A DNA stretch of 64,000 nt from Thecamonas trahens ATCC 50062. Lineage: Eukaryota > Protista > Apusomonadida. Where the stretch lies: positions 124,001 to 188,000 of the forward strand of contig NW_013657664.1 in NCBI RefSeq assembly GCF_000142905.1, in the 5' to 3' direction. Position 1 is the first letter of the stretch; each line of letters starts with the position of its first letter. Below, piece after piece: positions 11,194-21,548 of the stretch. The translations under genes were made by a program, and so were the position numbers. The notes below the pieces were generated by a model. It saw only the letters and a program-made list of their open reading frames with translations. It was not told the DNA's origin and made no database searches.

Positions 11194-12336
11194 ATGTCAC
11201 TCGACGAGCTTCCGGTAGAGATCTTGCACATCATAGCATACACGAGTATGGTGCTGAGTCCGGATGAGGTCTTTGCCTTGGCCTGCTCGTGCAAGCGGCT
11301 CTACGCTGCCCTGCTCGGCTCCCGCTACGGGAGGTGCCTTGCCGAGGCCACACTCGGCTTTCATGAGGCGATGGCGCGCCGGGCGTGGGGAGGTGCTCGA
11401 GTGGCGCTTGGTCGAATGGAGACGAATGAGGCACGACATGCGCTGGCTGGTCTTGCCATCATGCCTCTGATCGCCTCTGGCGATTCGGACGACGATGGGT
11501 GGCGGGCGATTGTGGAGGCGGTGGCAAGGGCGGGGATCAAGACCGCGGTGCTTGAGAATGACGAGCTGGGGATCCGCGCCGGCAGGAGTGTGTACTGGGA
11601 GATTAAGGATGCTACTGTTGGTGCTGCAGCCATGACGGCTGCATTTGAGATGGAGGACGTCGCCATCACGCTGATCCCGGTTGTGGACGACGATGAGCGG
11701 GTGGTGATGCTCGACCTTGCTGCTGATCGAGGCTTGCTGCGCCTCCTGCACACTCTTCTCCTCCAGGAGCCGCCGATTGATGTTTGCGCCTCTGATAGCT
11801 CCGCTCTGGTGTTGGCAGCAACGCGCGGCAACGTGCGTGCGGTGAAGCTGTTGATGGACGACGGGCGCGTGGATCCGGGCGCCGACGACTCGGCAGCGCT
11901 GCGCTGGTCGGCGAGCTTGGGCCACTTTGACGTGGTCCGGCTCCTCATCGCCGATCGGAGAACAGACTTGGCTGTCGATGACAATCTTGTCGTGACGGCG
12001 GCTGCCACTGCTGGGCGTGCAGACATTGTGGCAGTGGTGCTTGCCTCGGACTCGCCGCGGGTTGATCCGGCCGCCAACGAGAACGCAGCCCTCTGCTACG
12101 CCTGCGGTAAGGGCCACGCGCAGGTTGTGGCCTTCTTACTTGCTGACGAGCGTGTCGACGCCGCTGCCCGCAATCAGAGCCCTATCTGCTGGGCGGCGCA
12201 GCATGGACACGCCGAAGTTGTGGTCCTGCTTCTGAGCGATAGCCGAGTGGATCCTGCAGCGCGCGAGGGCATGCCGCTGCGCAAGGCGACGGAACGGGGC
12301 CACAAGGAGGTCGTCGCCCTACTTTGCTCCTGCTAG
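11194..12336 (+). CDS. F-box-like plus ankyrin-repeat protein
   Basis: N-terminal SLDELPVEILHII...LACSCKRL, followed by about 5 repeats of type RVDPxAxxxxALxWAxxxGHxxVVxLLL. Confidence 0.8.
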   Translation: MSLDELPVEILHIIAYTSMVLSPDEVFALACSCKRLYAALLGSRYGRCLAEATLGFHEAMARRAWGGARVALGRMETNEARHALAGLAIMPLIASGDSDDDGWRAIVEAVARAGIKTAVLENDELGIRAGRSVYWEIKDATVGAAAMTAAFEMEDVAITLIPVVDDDERVVMLDLAADRGLLRLLHTLLLQEPPIDVCASDSSALVLAATRGNVRAVKLLMDDGRVDPGADDSAALRWSASLGHFDVVRLLIADRRTDLAVDDNLVVTAAATAGRADIVAVVLASDSPRVDPAANENAALCYACGKGHAQVVAFLLADERVDAAARNQSPICWAAQHGHAEVVVLLLSDSRVDPAAREGMPLRKATERGHKEVVALLCSC

Positions 12337-12358
12337 CATGCGGACTGGCTGTGAGAGT

Positions 12359-13364
12359 TCAATACTTCGCGCCGTACTCGCGCGACGGGGCCAGGATGTC
12401 GTAGTTGGCCGAGTTCTTGTGGGCGTAGTTGAGGCGGGCCGAGTGGGCCGCAGCTGCAACCGACGAGCCTGGGCTGGCAGTAGCTGGCGGCGGTGCAGCG
12501 GCCCACTCGTCGATCTGCAACAAGTTGTACTCGCGGGTATTGACCTTCTCGTAAAGACTGGCGCGGCCGCGCGGGTTGGTCTCGTCGATGATGGCCTGGC
12601 GGGCAGCCGAGTCGAGCTCGTCGTTCTCCTCGAGACGGACAGCCGACGAGAACTTGAGGGCGATGTTCTTGCGCTTGTACTCGGGCAGACCGTCGGCGAC
12701 GGAGCTCAGCGGCGGAGTCGGGCGAAGGATGTTGTACCCGCGCTCAGCGTGAGGCTCTGGGAGATGGGCGCGGCCCTTGGGCGCGTCGCCCGAGTCGCCT
12801 TCGCCCGAGATAATGTCCCAGCCCCGACGCTCGGCTTTGTTCTTCAGCTGATGGGCCTTGGCAAAGGCCGCCTCCCGCAGAGCCGCCTGCTCCTCATCAC
12901 ACCTGTTCAAATCGTCCTCTGCATACGTCGCCGTCAGCGGGTTGTACGCCGGATGATGGCCCTGCTTGCTCGAGCCAGCCACAAGCTGCTCGTGCCGCAG
13001 CCGCCGCTTGCGCTCCTCCTCGGCCCGCGCCGCCGCCTCCTGCCGAACGAGAGAGACAGCGAGGGAGATACCACCATGTACACACATACACACACACACA
13101 TATACACATATGTATACACCCATATGGACACGCAATGAGTGAGTGTTCTCCACCGGGCAGCACCGACTGCACAGCGAGGTGACCCCCGTAGCGGGCCACC
13201 ACCACTACCACCACCACTACCACCACCATCACACACACACACACACGCACATAACATACCTGCTCCTCATACATGTATGTGCCGGAAATGGGATTGTAGT
13301 CGTCCCGCGCACGGCGGCGGCGCACAGGTGTGGTCGGCTCAGGCCCGGAAAACGTGTACGCCAT
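12359..13364 (-). CDS. hypothetical protein with repeated [YW][ND][PIL][IL] motifs; exons 13364-13260, 13039-12359
   Basis: A phase-0 GTATGT...GCAG intron joins two ORFs; motifs YNPIS, YNPLT, WDIIS, YNIL, YNLL and YDIL recur. Confidence 0.72.
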
Positions 13365-13828
13365 CAGAAGGGCGGTTGGAGTGCGGTGGTGAGCCGAGTC
13401 CGCTGTCGCCGTCTCCGTCTCAGTCTCGGTCACTGTCTCGGCTGTCTTGCCACTCGCCGTCGTCGGCTAGCCACAGATGGATCGTGGCAGAGCTGCAGAG
13501 CAGTGTCATCGCAGTCATCACGCAATCGGTACGAGGAGGGAGCCCGCTCCCTACATCGCAGCCATCATCAGTCCTGGCCAAGCCACCCCCTCCCCCTCTC
13601 CCTTTCTCAACACAGCTCCATCAAGGCAGCCGATGGTCAACCGATCATCCATCATCTCGCTTGCCCATCAACCCCCCATGCACCTTGCCGGGTCTCGCCG
13701 CTGGGGTTTATGTTTCACCTGAGTTGAGTCTGGTCGTGGGCAATCCCGTCCATCGCTCCGTGTCGGCGATCGCGGGTTTGACCACCGCGCGGCACTTGTC
13801 TCGCCCACACCTGGCAGCAGGGACTACG

Positions 13829-14841
13829 ATGGCAGCAAGAGGGGCGGAGAGGGAGTACGAAAGACTATTGGCGATGTGCTGAAGGAGATGGTGCCACCGG
13901 CCGAGCTTCCCATTGTCCGCATGGTGGTGGGTGAGGAGATCTTTGGCGCCAATGAGCAACTGGTGTCTGAGCTCGACGCTCTCCGCGACATGTGGCGGAT
14001 GTTGAGGGAGGCCAACGAGGGACGTTATGCCGAGGACGAGGCTCTTGCTGCTGGTGGTACTCCACGTACTCGTCCGCAGACTCCGCTGAGGGGTCCACGG
14101 AAGCATGTCCATGCCTCGCTTGCCGCCCAGTTGCGGGCGGTGCTCAACGGCGACGTCGACCAAGCCGCGCTCCCGCCGCCAGACTCTGCCCGCGAGGCTG
14201 AGATCAGAGCCATGCTTGCCGACCCTGGAAAGAGCAAGACCAGCGAGAGCGCTCGGCGGGATGCTCTTGGCGGCCGCCATGCGGTCAAGGCCTCAGAGTC
14301 GGCGGACGAGGTCGTGGCACTGCAGCCCGATCTCACTGCTCTCCGCGTCGACGCCGTCAAGCCGCTGCTGCTTGAGGCGCTGGCACGGGAGCACGCCATT
14401 CTTCTTCAAGAGGTTGCGTACTTGCAGGCCTGCCTCGAGGCGGAAGTCGCGTATAAGCCGCCGCCCGCGCCGCCAACCCTCGATGAGCTCCGAGTGCTCG
14501 AGGGCAAGCTCATGCCCAAGGGTGCCGCCGCCACCACCACTGCTGCCCCCAAGATTGAGTCAAATCGGGCTGCCGTCAAGCTAGGCCCAGTCCGCGGGCC
14601 TGTTCCTCTCCGGAGGCGTGGCCGGGCCGTCCGGCCGGCCGCTGTGCCGATCGCACCCGGCGGCAAACTGCCGTCGCCGCCGCCGGGCCGTATCCCGCGT
14701 CGGCGCGGCCGGGGGCGGGGCCGCGGACTCGGCCATGGACGTGGACGCCGTGTGCTACGGGCTTTGGATGCCAGCAAACTACAAGACGGCCCCGCATCTG
14801 GGCCTGCGCCAGCTCCTCGACCCCGAGGACGTCGCAACTGA
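13829..14841 (+). CDS. CCDC24-like coiled-coil protein (start 13829 needs +1 nt near 13871; alternative ATG at 13888)
   Basis: VPPAELPIVRMVVGE...EQLVSELDAL and LLEALAREHAILLQEVAYLQACLEAE...PTLDELR resemble the two conserved CCDC24 blocks. Confidence 0.65.
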
Positions 14842-15356
14842 TCATCGTATCGAACGCATCCAACCAACACATCTAACACATCTAACACATCTGAACCACC
14901 ACATCAAGACAACAACACACAAGTCAACCCAACACAAACCAAACCAACACCTCAAAACGTCGTCCCCCCCCCCCTCACGATTANNNNNNNNNNNNNNNNN
15001 NNNNNNNNNNNNNNNNNNNNNNNNNNNNNNNNNNNNNNNNNNNNNNNNNNNNNNNNNNNNNNNNNNNNNNNNNNNNNNNNNNNNNNNNNNNNNNNNNNNN
15101 NNNNNNNNNNNNNNNNNNNNNNNNNNNNNNNNNNNNNNNNNNNNNNNNNNNNNNNNNNNNNNNNNNNNNNNNNNNNNNNNNNNNNAAAACCCAAAACCCA
15201 AACCAAACCCTCCAAAACCGTAGTACCCCCCCTCCCCCCCCCCCACCCTCTAGCCACCCGGTCACATCTCCCGCCGTATGCCCCCCCCTCCCGCCAACCG
15301 CCACCCGCCACCCGCCACCCGCCACCCGCCCGCCACCACCCCACCCACCACCGCCA

Positions 15357-18300
15357 ATGCCACCACCACCACCACCACCAGGGAGCCAGAGACAACTGCA
15401 GGTGACGGTGAGACTCCACCCACCGCCGACCTCTGCACCACTTCCACCACACTCTGAGGTCTTCCCCTCTTTGGCTCTTCACGGGCCAGCTGCTCCGCCC
15501 GAGGCAAACGGTGGCCAAGCCCTTGTCGACCATGCTGCCGAGTATGCTCATGTCCGTGCTGCTTCTGTTGATTCGGTGGCTGCTGATGGTGAAACTGTCT
15601 TTGATCTTCCTCTGGTACCTGTCATTGTTGATGATGGCTCGCTCCATGCCATGCGCGATGCGCCCATCCGTCTTTGGCTACACGCCTCTCACATGACAGA
15701 GCTTCCGCCTGATGCTGTTCCGTCAAAGTCGTCGCACAAGTCATCCACCTCATCGTCAAACAAGGACGGTGGATCGGGTGTGCCTACTCTGGTCGCTATT
15801 CCTACCGTCATCGCAGAAATCGCCGTCGATTGGGCCCCGCTCCTCGCAGGCGCCACTACTACCTTCGCCAATGTCTCGACTGGTATCGCCGCCCTCGGCC
15901 GCTTTCCGCTTGTCTCCTCCATCGATGTCACCGTCACAGTCCTTCCCGTCCTGGCTCCGCTGCCAAGCGAGAAGCACTTGGACCGCGACCGCGACTCTCG
16001 TCGTTCGCGGTCAAAGCACGGTTCTAGCGGCTCGCGCTCGCCGGCCCCGTCGCACGCCCCGCCGCGCCCAGCCTCGCCGCCTGCTGCTCCACCGTCTGGA
16101 GACCCTGTGGATTTACTCTCGCCCGAGCAGCGCGCGTTCTACAATCCGATCGCCGTCTCCATTCACGGCGTCTACGACCTGCCGCAGACTCCGCTCGACG
16201 CAGCAGCTCTCGCCAGCGTCTGCTCTCCACTCTTTGTCGAGCTCCACTGGCTCGCACCGGAGCCGCCGCGCCGCTCACCACCTGTCGCACATGCTTCATC
16301 AGTTGCGCTCAACTACACCGCCGTCTTCTTTGCATCAGACTACAACCATGACGACCTCGTCGACTTTCTGGCCTCGGACAAGCTTTGTCTCAAGGTGCGC
16401 GATCGCGAGCCCAAGCCTGTTACATCAGACCTCACGCCAAATGTCGACCCCGCAGATGCTACTGCAGCTGTCCCGCCGGTCTCCTCGGTCTGGGACGTGG
16501 TTTTTGGTGACTCGGCGCCGCCCTCGCCCAAGATCGACGACGAGGCCGTCAGCTCGAGCAAGCCGGACCGCGTTGCCGCCTCGCCGCCGCCGCGGCCGTC
16601 GTCGTCGTCCAAGAGCCGAAAACAAGGCCAGCGCAAGTCGACGACGTCGTCAAAGTCGCGCACCGGCACAGGCTCCAACTCGGGCAAGGCCACCTTGGCA
16701 CACCGCTCAAAGGGCAAGAGCAAGAGCTCTGCGCCCGCGCCGCCGTCGTTGCGCAAGACTCGCAAGTCGGCCAAAGTCCGCGCTGTTGACACCAAGCTCA
16801 TAGAAGAGTCCATCTCTCAGGTCCGTGGGACCGGCAGCGACGGCTCGGGCCCTCATGGTGTTGCCACCCTCGCCACCTCGGCCATCGTCAAGCGCGGTAT
16901 GGCCCGGACCTCGGTCGATGCCTTTCTTGTCCCAAACGTGTCGGTCACCCGCTCGTCAGCCTCGCTGGCCCGAGCCGGCGCCGGCCGTCTGGGTCGCTCC
17001 GTCACGCCAATCTTGCCTGGCCATTACGTCCAGGCTGGCACCTACGTCTCGGCCACCATTGCCTCGTCGTTTCCGCTCAACACTCCGCTGGTTCATCATC
17101 CGTACATCCGGCTGATAATCTCGATGCCGTATGATGCGCTCGTCACCGCTCAGGCTGTCCTTGCCGCCATCCGCGCCGCCAACGCGTCGGTGCTTGGCTT
17201 GTCCGGTGATGCCGCTACGCCTGCTGCACTCCGGGCATACATGCTCTCGTCCGACCAGCGGGCCGATCCCAACCTCGACATTGTCACCGGCATTCAGATT
17301 ATCACCCCTGCTGCTCGTGTCTTTCTTCTCGAGGGCTGCGCCGCAGGCGCGAGCCTGGCTGCTGTTGCCGATGCCGCCTCACGCCTCCGCGCCCCCGACG
17401 TGCCTGTTCTCTGCAACAACGAGGTTACCTTCCGCGACCGGCTCTACGCCTCGGACGACCTCGAAGTCGGTGCACTCAAGCTTGCAGTCACACTTGATGA
17501 TATGCTGGCTGTCCGCGACCTGTACATCCGCAACCGAGTTCCCGGGCCGGCTGTCGAAGCTGCTCTCAAGCTCGATCTGCTCTCACGAGCCCCATCGATG
17601 CGGTTTGTGGCCCGCATGAACGCCTTTCCTACACGCGCCCAGCTCTACGCGCTCGGCCGCAAGTATGGCACTTCGCTCACTCCGCTCGACTACGGAGTAG
17701 AAGAGGAGGGCCAGGCAGTGGCCGGCGCCGACCACGCGGCCGGCGTCGCGCAAGATGCCCCGACCCGGCCGAGCTCGCGCGGCGACAAGTCCGCGCAGAG
17801 CCAGGCCTCGGCTCTGAGAACCCGGACCGCGCTTGATCACTACAACGCCGAGTTTGTGGCCACACTCGAGACTCGCCAGGTCGAGGGCCCGCCCGACCGC
17901 GTCCGCGCGCACATCGAGGCCTACCGCGGCATCTCGCGCGCCGAAGCCCGCGCCCGCTTTCTTGCCGGAAGACCGGACGTAGCTGCCGGAGAAGCGCCGG
18001 TCTACATCTACGGCGGCCAGGCGCTCAACGCAGCCGAGCTCGCCCGCAAGGATTTGGCTCAGCATCTGGCCGCCAACGCCGGTGACGTGCACTACACCTA
18101 CTCCCCGCACTACCTCTCAGGCGCCGTCGCACTGGAAACACCCGAGGAGGCCACCCGCCGTGAGGCCGCGGCCTCCCAGGCGCTCCAGCTCACCCAGCAC
18201 GGCTTTGAGCCACAACCGCGGTCGCGAGCCGCAGACCTCGTCCATCCGCTCAAGCCGCATCCGTCGCGCGTCGCCGAGCTTGCCGAGCCGTTTGTTGACC

Positions 18301-18797
18301 CCGTCCCGCTCTTTCTGCAAACCCGCGACACCGGCGGTGATCCCAACAAGCCACCATTCCACGTCGACGGCGAAGCCGTGTTGGACGAGACGCCGCTGGT
18401 GGCGTCAGTTCATTACGCTGGCGATGTCCGTGAGAACGAGCTCGATGAGGCGCTCCAACGCGAAAAGGCCGAGTGGGAGGCCAAGCTTGTGGTCGATGAC
18501 CCCGTTTTCCGCATGGTCACGCCCGACAAGGTGCCACTCGACGGCGAGACACCTGGCGAGTTCCGCACCCGCAAGATCGAGGCACGGCTGGCCCGCTCCG
18601 CCGAGCCGCCATCGCTTGCCTCGGGCCATGTGTACGTCGACCCCCCACTCGCCACAACCCCACTGCGGCCCAACCTGCGCCGCATGGGCGACGAGGAGTT
18701 TGACATCTTTACTCGCCCACCGCGCGACGTCATTGCCAAGCCGCACATCGTCCCGCTCTCTGACGCTGAGCGCGCGGCATGGTACGAGCCCAGCTAG
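15357..18797 (+). CDS. CFAP92: CFAP92/KIAA1257-like cilia-associated protein; true 5' end uncertain (possible acceptor at 15401, upstream gap)
   Basis: LLSPEQRAFYNPIAVSI...LPQTP..., DPNLDIVTG...VFLLEG and VYIYGGQALNAAELARK match recalled CFAP92 blocks. Confidence 0.65.
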   Translation: MPPPPPPPGSQRQLQVTVRLHPPPTSAPLPPHSEVFPSLALHGPAAPPEANGGQALVDHAAEYAHVRAASVDSVAADGETVFDLPLVPVIVDDGSLHAMRDAPIRLWLHASHMTELPPDAVPSKSSHKSSTSSSNKDGGSGVPTLVAIPTVIAEIAVDWAPLLAGATTTFANVSTGIAALGRFPLVSSIDVTVTVLPVLAPLPSEKHLDRDRDSRRSRSKHGSSGSRSPAPSHAPPRPASPPAAPPSGDPVDLLSPEQRAFYNPIAVSIHGVYDLPQTPLDAAALASVCSPLFVELHWLAPEPPRRSPPVAHASSVALNYTAVFFASDYNHDDLVDFLASDKLCLKVRDREPKPVTSDLTPNVDPADATAAVPPVSSVWDVVFGDSAPPSPKIDDEAVSSSKPDRVAASPPPRPSSSSKSRKQGQRKSTTSSKSRTGTGSNSGKATLAHRSKGKSKSSAPAPPSLRKTRKSAKVRAVDTKLIEESISQVRGTGSDGSGPHGVATLATSAIVKRGMARTSVDAFLVPNVSVTRSSASLARAGAGRLGRSVTPILPGHYVQAGTYVSATIASSFPLNTPLVHHPYIRLIISMPYDALVTAQAVLAAIRAANASVLGLSGDAATPAALRAYMLSSDQRADPNLDIVTGIQIITPAARVFLLEGCAAGASLAAVADAASRLRAPDVPVLCNNEVTFRDRLYASDDLEVGALKLAVTLDDMLAVRDLYIRNRVPGPAVEAALKLDLLSRAPSMRFVARMNAFPTRAQLYALGRKYGTSLTPLDYGVEEEGQAVAGADHAAGVAQDAPTRPSSRGDKSAQSQASALRTRTALDHYNAEFVATLETRQVEGPPDRVRAHIEAYRGISRAEARARFLAGRPDVAAGEAPVYIYGGQALNAAELARKDLAQHLAANAGDVHYTYSPHYLSGAVALETPEEATRREAAASQALQLTQHGFEPQPRSRAADLVHPLKPHPSRVAELAEPFVDPVPLFLQTRDTGGDPNKPPFHVDGEAVLDETPLVASVHYAGDVRENELDEALQREKAEWEAKLVVDDPVFRMVTPDKVPLDGETPGEFRTRKIEARLARSAEPPSLASGHVYVDPPLATTPLRPNLRRMGDEEFDIFTRPPRDVIAKPHIVPLSDAERAAWYEPS

Positions 18798-18804
18798 CTG
18801 CAAA

Positions 18805-21238
18805 CTAGTACCGGTGGTAGAGCGGCGTGCCGGGCTCGCGGCCGTAGCCCAGCGACTGGTCAAACGGCATCGACGAGTTGAGTGAGTTGTAGTGCAGCGA
18901 GTTGTTGAGCGAGGTGTCAAAGTCAAAAGTGAGCGAGTCGTTGACCGAGGTCTCGCCGCGTGCCGCCAGCATGTCGTATCCGGTCCGATCCGCATGCTCA
19001 GCCGCCGCCCCGTGCCGCCGCCTCCGATACGAGGCCCGCTGTGCCTTGTTAGCCATCACCCGCGCCTTGACCAGCTCGACCGTGCGGTCCGAGACCTCGA
19101 ATGAGTCGGAGCAGTGGCCAAAGAGCTCGTCAAGATCAAGCGGATCATACGGACCAAACACCGTGGGCTTTGTGTGCGACGACGAGCCAGCGGTGGTCGT
19201 CGTCACCGTCGAGTACGCCGAGTAGGTGCCGGTGCCGGTGCCGGTGCCAGTGCCCGAGCCTGACGACGACGATGATGACGACGACGACGGGAACCGCGCG
19301 TCTTCACGGGTGGAGGGGAACGCCGCCTGGGCTGCAGCGCGCGGGTTTTCCTCCGCCTGACGCGCGGTCGAGCCAAAGACCTTACCGGACTTGACTGCAG
19401 CCTTGGTCGGAAGGGCCTTGACGACCTTGAGTCGCTTTGCGTAGTCATCAAGATCGACTTCGGCAAGAGTGATGATGGCACCAGACGCCAGCGATGAAGA
19501 GTGCTTCTTCCGCTTTGACTTTGCAGCCTTGCTCTTCTTACCCTTGCGGCGAACCTTGAAGCCGCCCGACTTGGGGCCGGCAGCCGCGGCCGACGAGGCG
19601 CAGCATGCGCCGCGGCCGCGGCCCGCACGGGCAGCCTTCTTGGACGCAGCAAGAAGGTCTGCACGGACATCGTCAAAGAACGGGTGATGCATAGCCTCGT
19701 GGGCGGTGAGCCGCTTCTCGTGGTCAAAGACCAGGACACGGTCAATAAGGTCAATGGCAAGCGGGGTGGCCAGCTCGAGCACCCGCTGCGTCCGCACCAG
19801 CTTGTACCAAGCAAACCGCTTGCGCGGAAGCTCGGTCTCGGCCACGCTCTCGAGATAGTCAAGCGACCATTTGGACTTGGTGATAAAGTATCTGTTGAGC
19901 CAGGCGTCGTAGTCGTCGGCGCCGAGGTACTGGATGACGTTGACCATGTGGTCCTCGTTCGAGTCGTGTTGCTGAAGCCAGTTGCACTGGAAGAAGAGGA
20001 CGGCCATGATGCAGCCGGCCGACCACATGTCCGAGGCGTAGTCTGGGAACGGGTAGTGCACCACCGACTCGGGCGCCTTCCACCGCCGCGTCCCGGCCCA
20101 TTTGGTCGCCGGCTCGTTTGGCACGTACCACGTGGCGAGGCCCCAGTCGATGAGTCGGAGTGAACCCGTCTTGCGCTCAAACAGCACGTTGGCGCACTTG
20201 ACGTCGCGGTGCATGATGCCCGCCGCGTGCGTGGCATTGAGTGCCTCGAACAGCCGGAACATGTAGACCTTGGCCTCGGCCGGTGACATCATCCGGAACA
20301 AGTCGCGGTACGGCTGAGAGTCGAGGTACTCAAAGAGCAGGACGGTATCACCGAGCTTGCGCAGGCTCTGTCCGCTCTTCTTGCTCCCTTGCTCCCTTGC
20401 TTCCCTTGGACCCAGAATCCGACTCGGACTCGGAGTGAGGCGCGCAAACAATGTCAACCAACTTCACCACGTTCGGCAGGCCCTGGACAGCCAACAGCAT
20501 GTGGATCTCATGCTGGATGAGCTCCGCATCTGACGCCTTGCTCACCCGCATGACCTTGGCCACCAGGCTCGCGCATTTTCCGTTGCGCGCCTTGGATGCA
20601 CGGTACACGTCGCCGTACCCGCCTGACCCCACGAGCTCCTCCCAGTGGATGTCGTAGTTGGCATAGTTGCCCGGAACCACCTCGACTCGGTCAGCATCGT
20701 ACTTTTCGGCTGGCTGTGGATAGCCAACGTTGGCAAACTGGTAGACCGGCGAGGCAAAGAGTGGGACGTAGACATCGTCCGGAAGGAGTTCAGCCTCACC
20801 GCCGCGAAGCTCGCGCGGAACGAGCTGGACAGCTGCGCGAGCGGCCGAGTCAGACCCATCATCATGGGTGGTCGACGTGTTGGAGCTCGAGCCCGAACCC
20901 GAGCCCGAGCCCGAGTCCGAGCCCGAGGCGGTGGCCGAGCGCGAGCCACTCCCACGGTTCTTGCCAGCAAGCTCCCGAGCCAGGCGGACGCGCTCCTCGT
21001 GCCCAGCACGGATCATAGCCTCTCTCCGCTTCAAAAGTCGCTTGGTGGCCTTGCGCAGCGTGGCAGCCTCGCTCGTGGTCACTGGCGCACGCTCTTTCGC
21101 CGTTAGCCCCGAACCCGAGTCGGTGCGAGAGGCCGAGCCACTTTCCGAGTAGCTGCCTGTACCAGCCTCTTCCTCCTCCTCCTCCTCCTCCTGCCCACGC
21201 CTATGCTCATGCACACGAGTCCGATTACGCCGAGTCAT
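18805..21238 (-). CDS. divergent casein kinase 2 alpha-like (CMGC) kinase with long N- and C-terminal extensions; frameshift at about 20386-20396
   Basis: GSGGYGDV, VAKVM, HEIHML, LLFEY, IMHRDVKCAN, LIDWGLA (DWG is typical of CK2), KAPE and DMWSAG are split over two ORFs joined at an AAGGG(A)AGC repeat lacking 2 nt. Confidence 0.8.
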
Positions 21239-21548
21239 AATTTCCCAACAGAGTGGAGTGCGGTTGAATGTCGAGAGCGACGAGCTGGTGTAGCACTGCC
21301 TGGAGAGTGGTGCTGGACGGCAGGGTTTGGTGCGTGCGTGGGATCGACTGAGTGGACGCAACACTGTTTTTTCTCTCTTTTCGCGCGTGCCAACCATGGG
21401 GTTTTTTTGGAGGGGGGAGGGGGGCGCGGCTCGTCGGCCTCCCCTCTCCCCCTCCCCATGTCCACACATGCATGGACGCACCATCGCAAGCTTTTTAAAT
21501 CGCACTGCGGCAAACACCGCCGGCCAGTGGCGAGCGAGGAAATGGCTG

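Noticed and set aside
15186-15215. AAAACCC-like repeats next to a gap as a telomeric repeat
   Set aside because: Only 3-4 irregular units at a low-quality contig edge.
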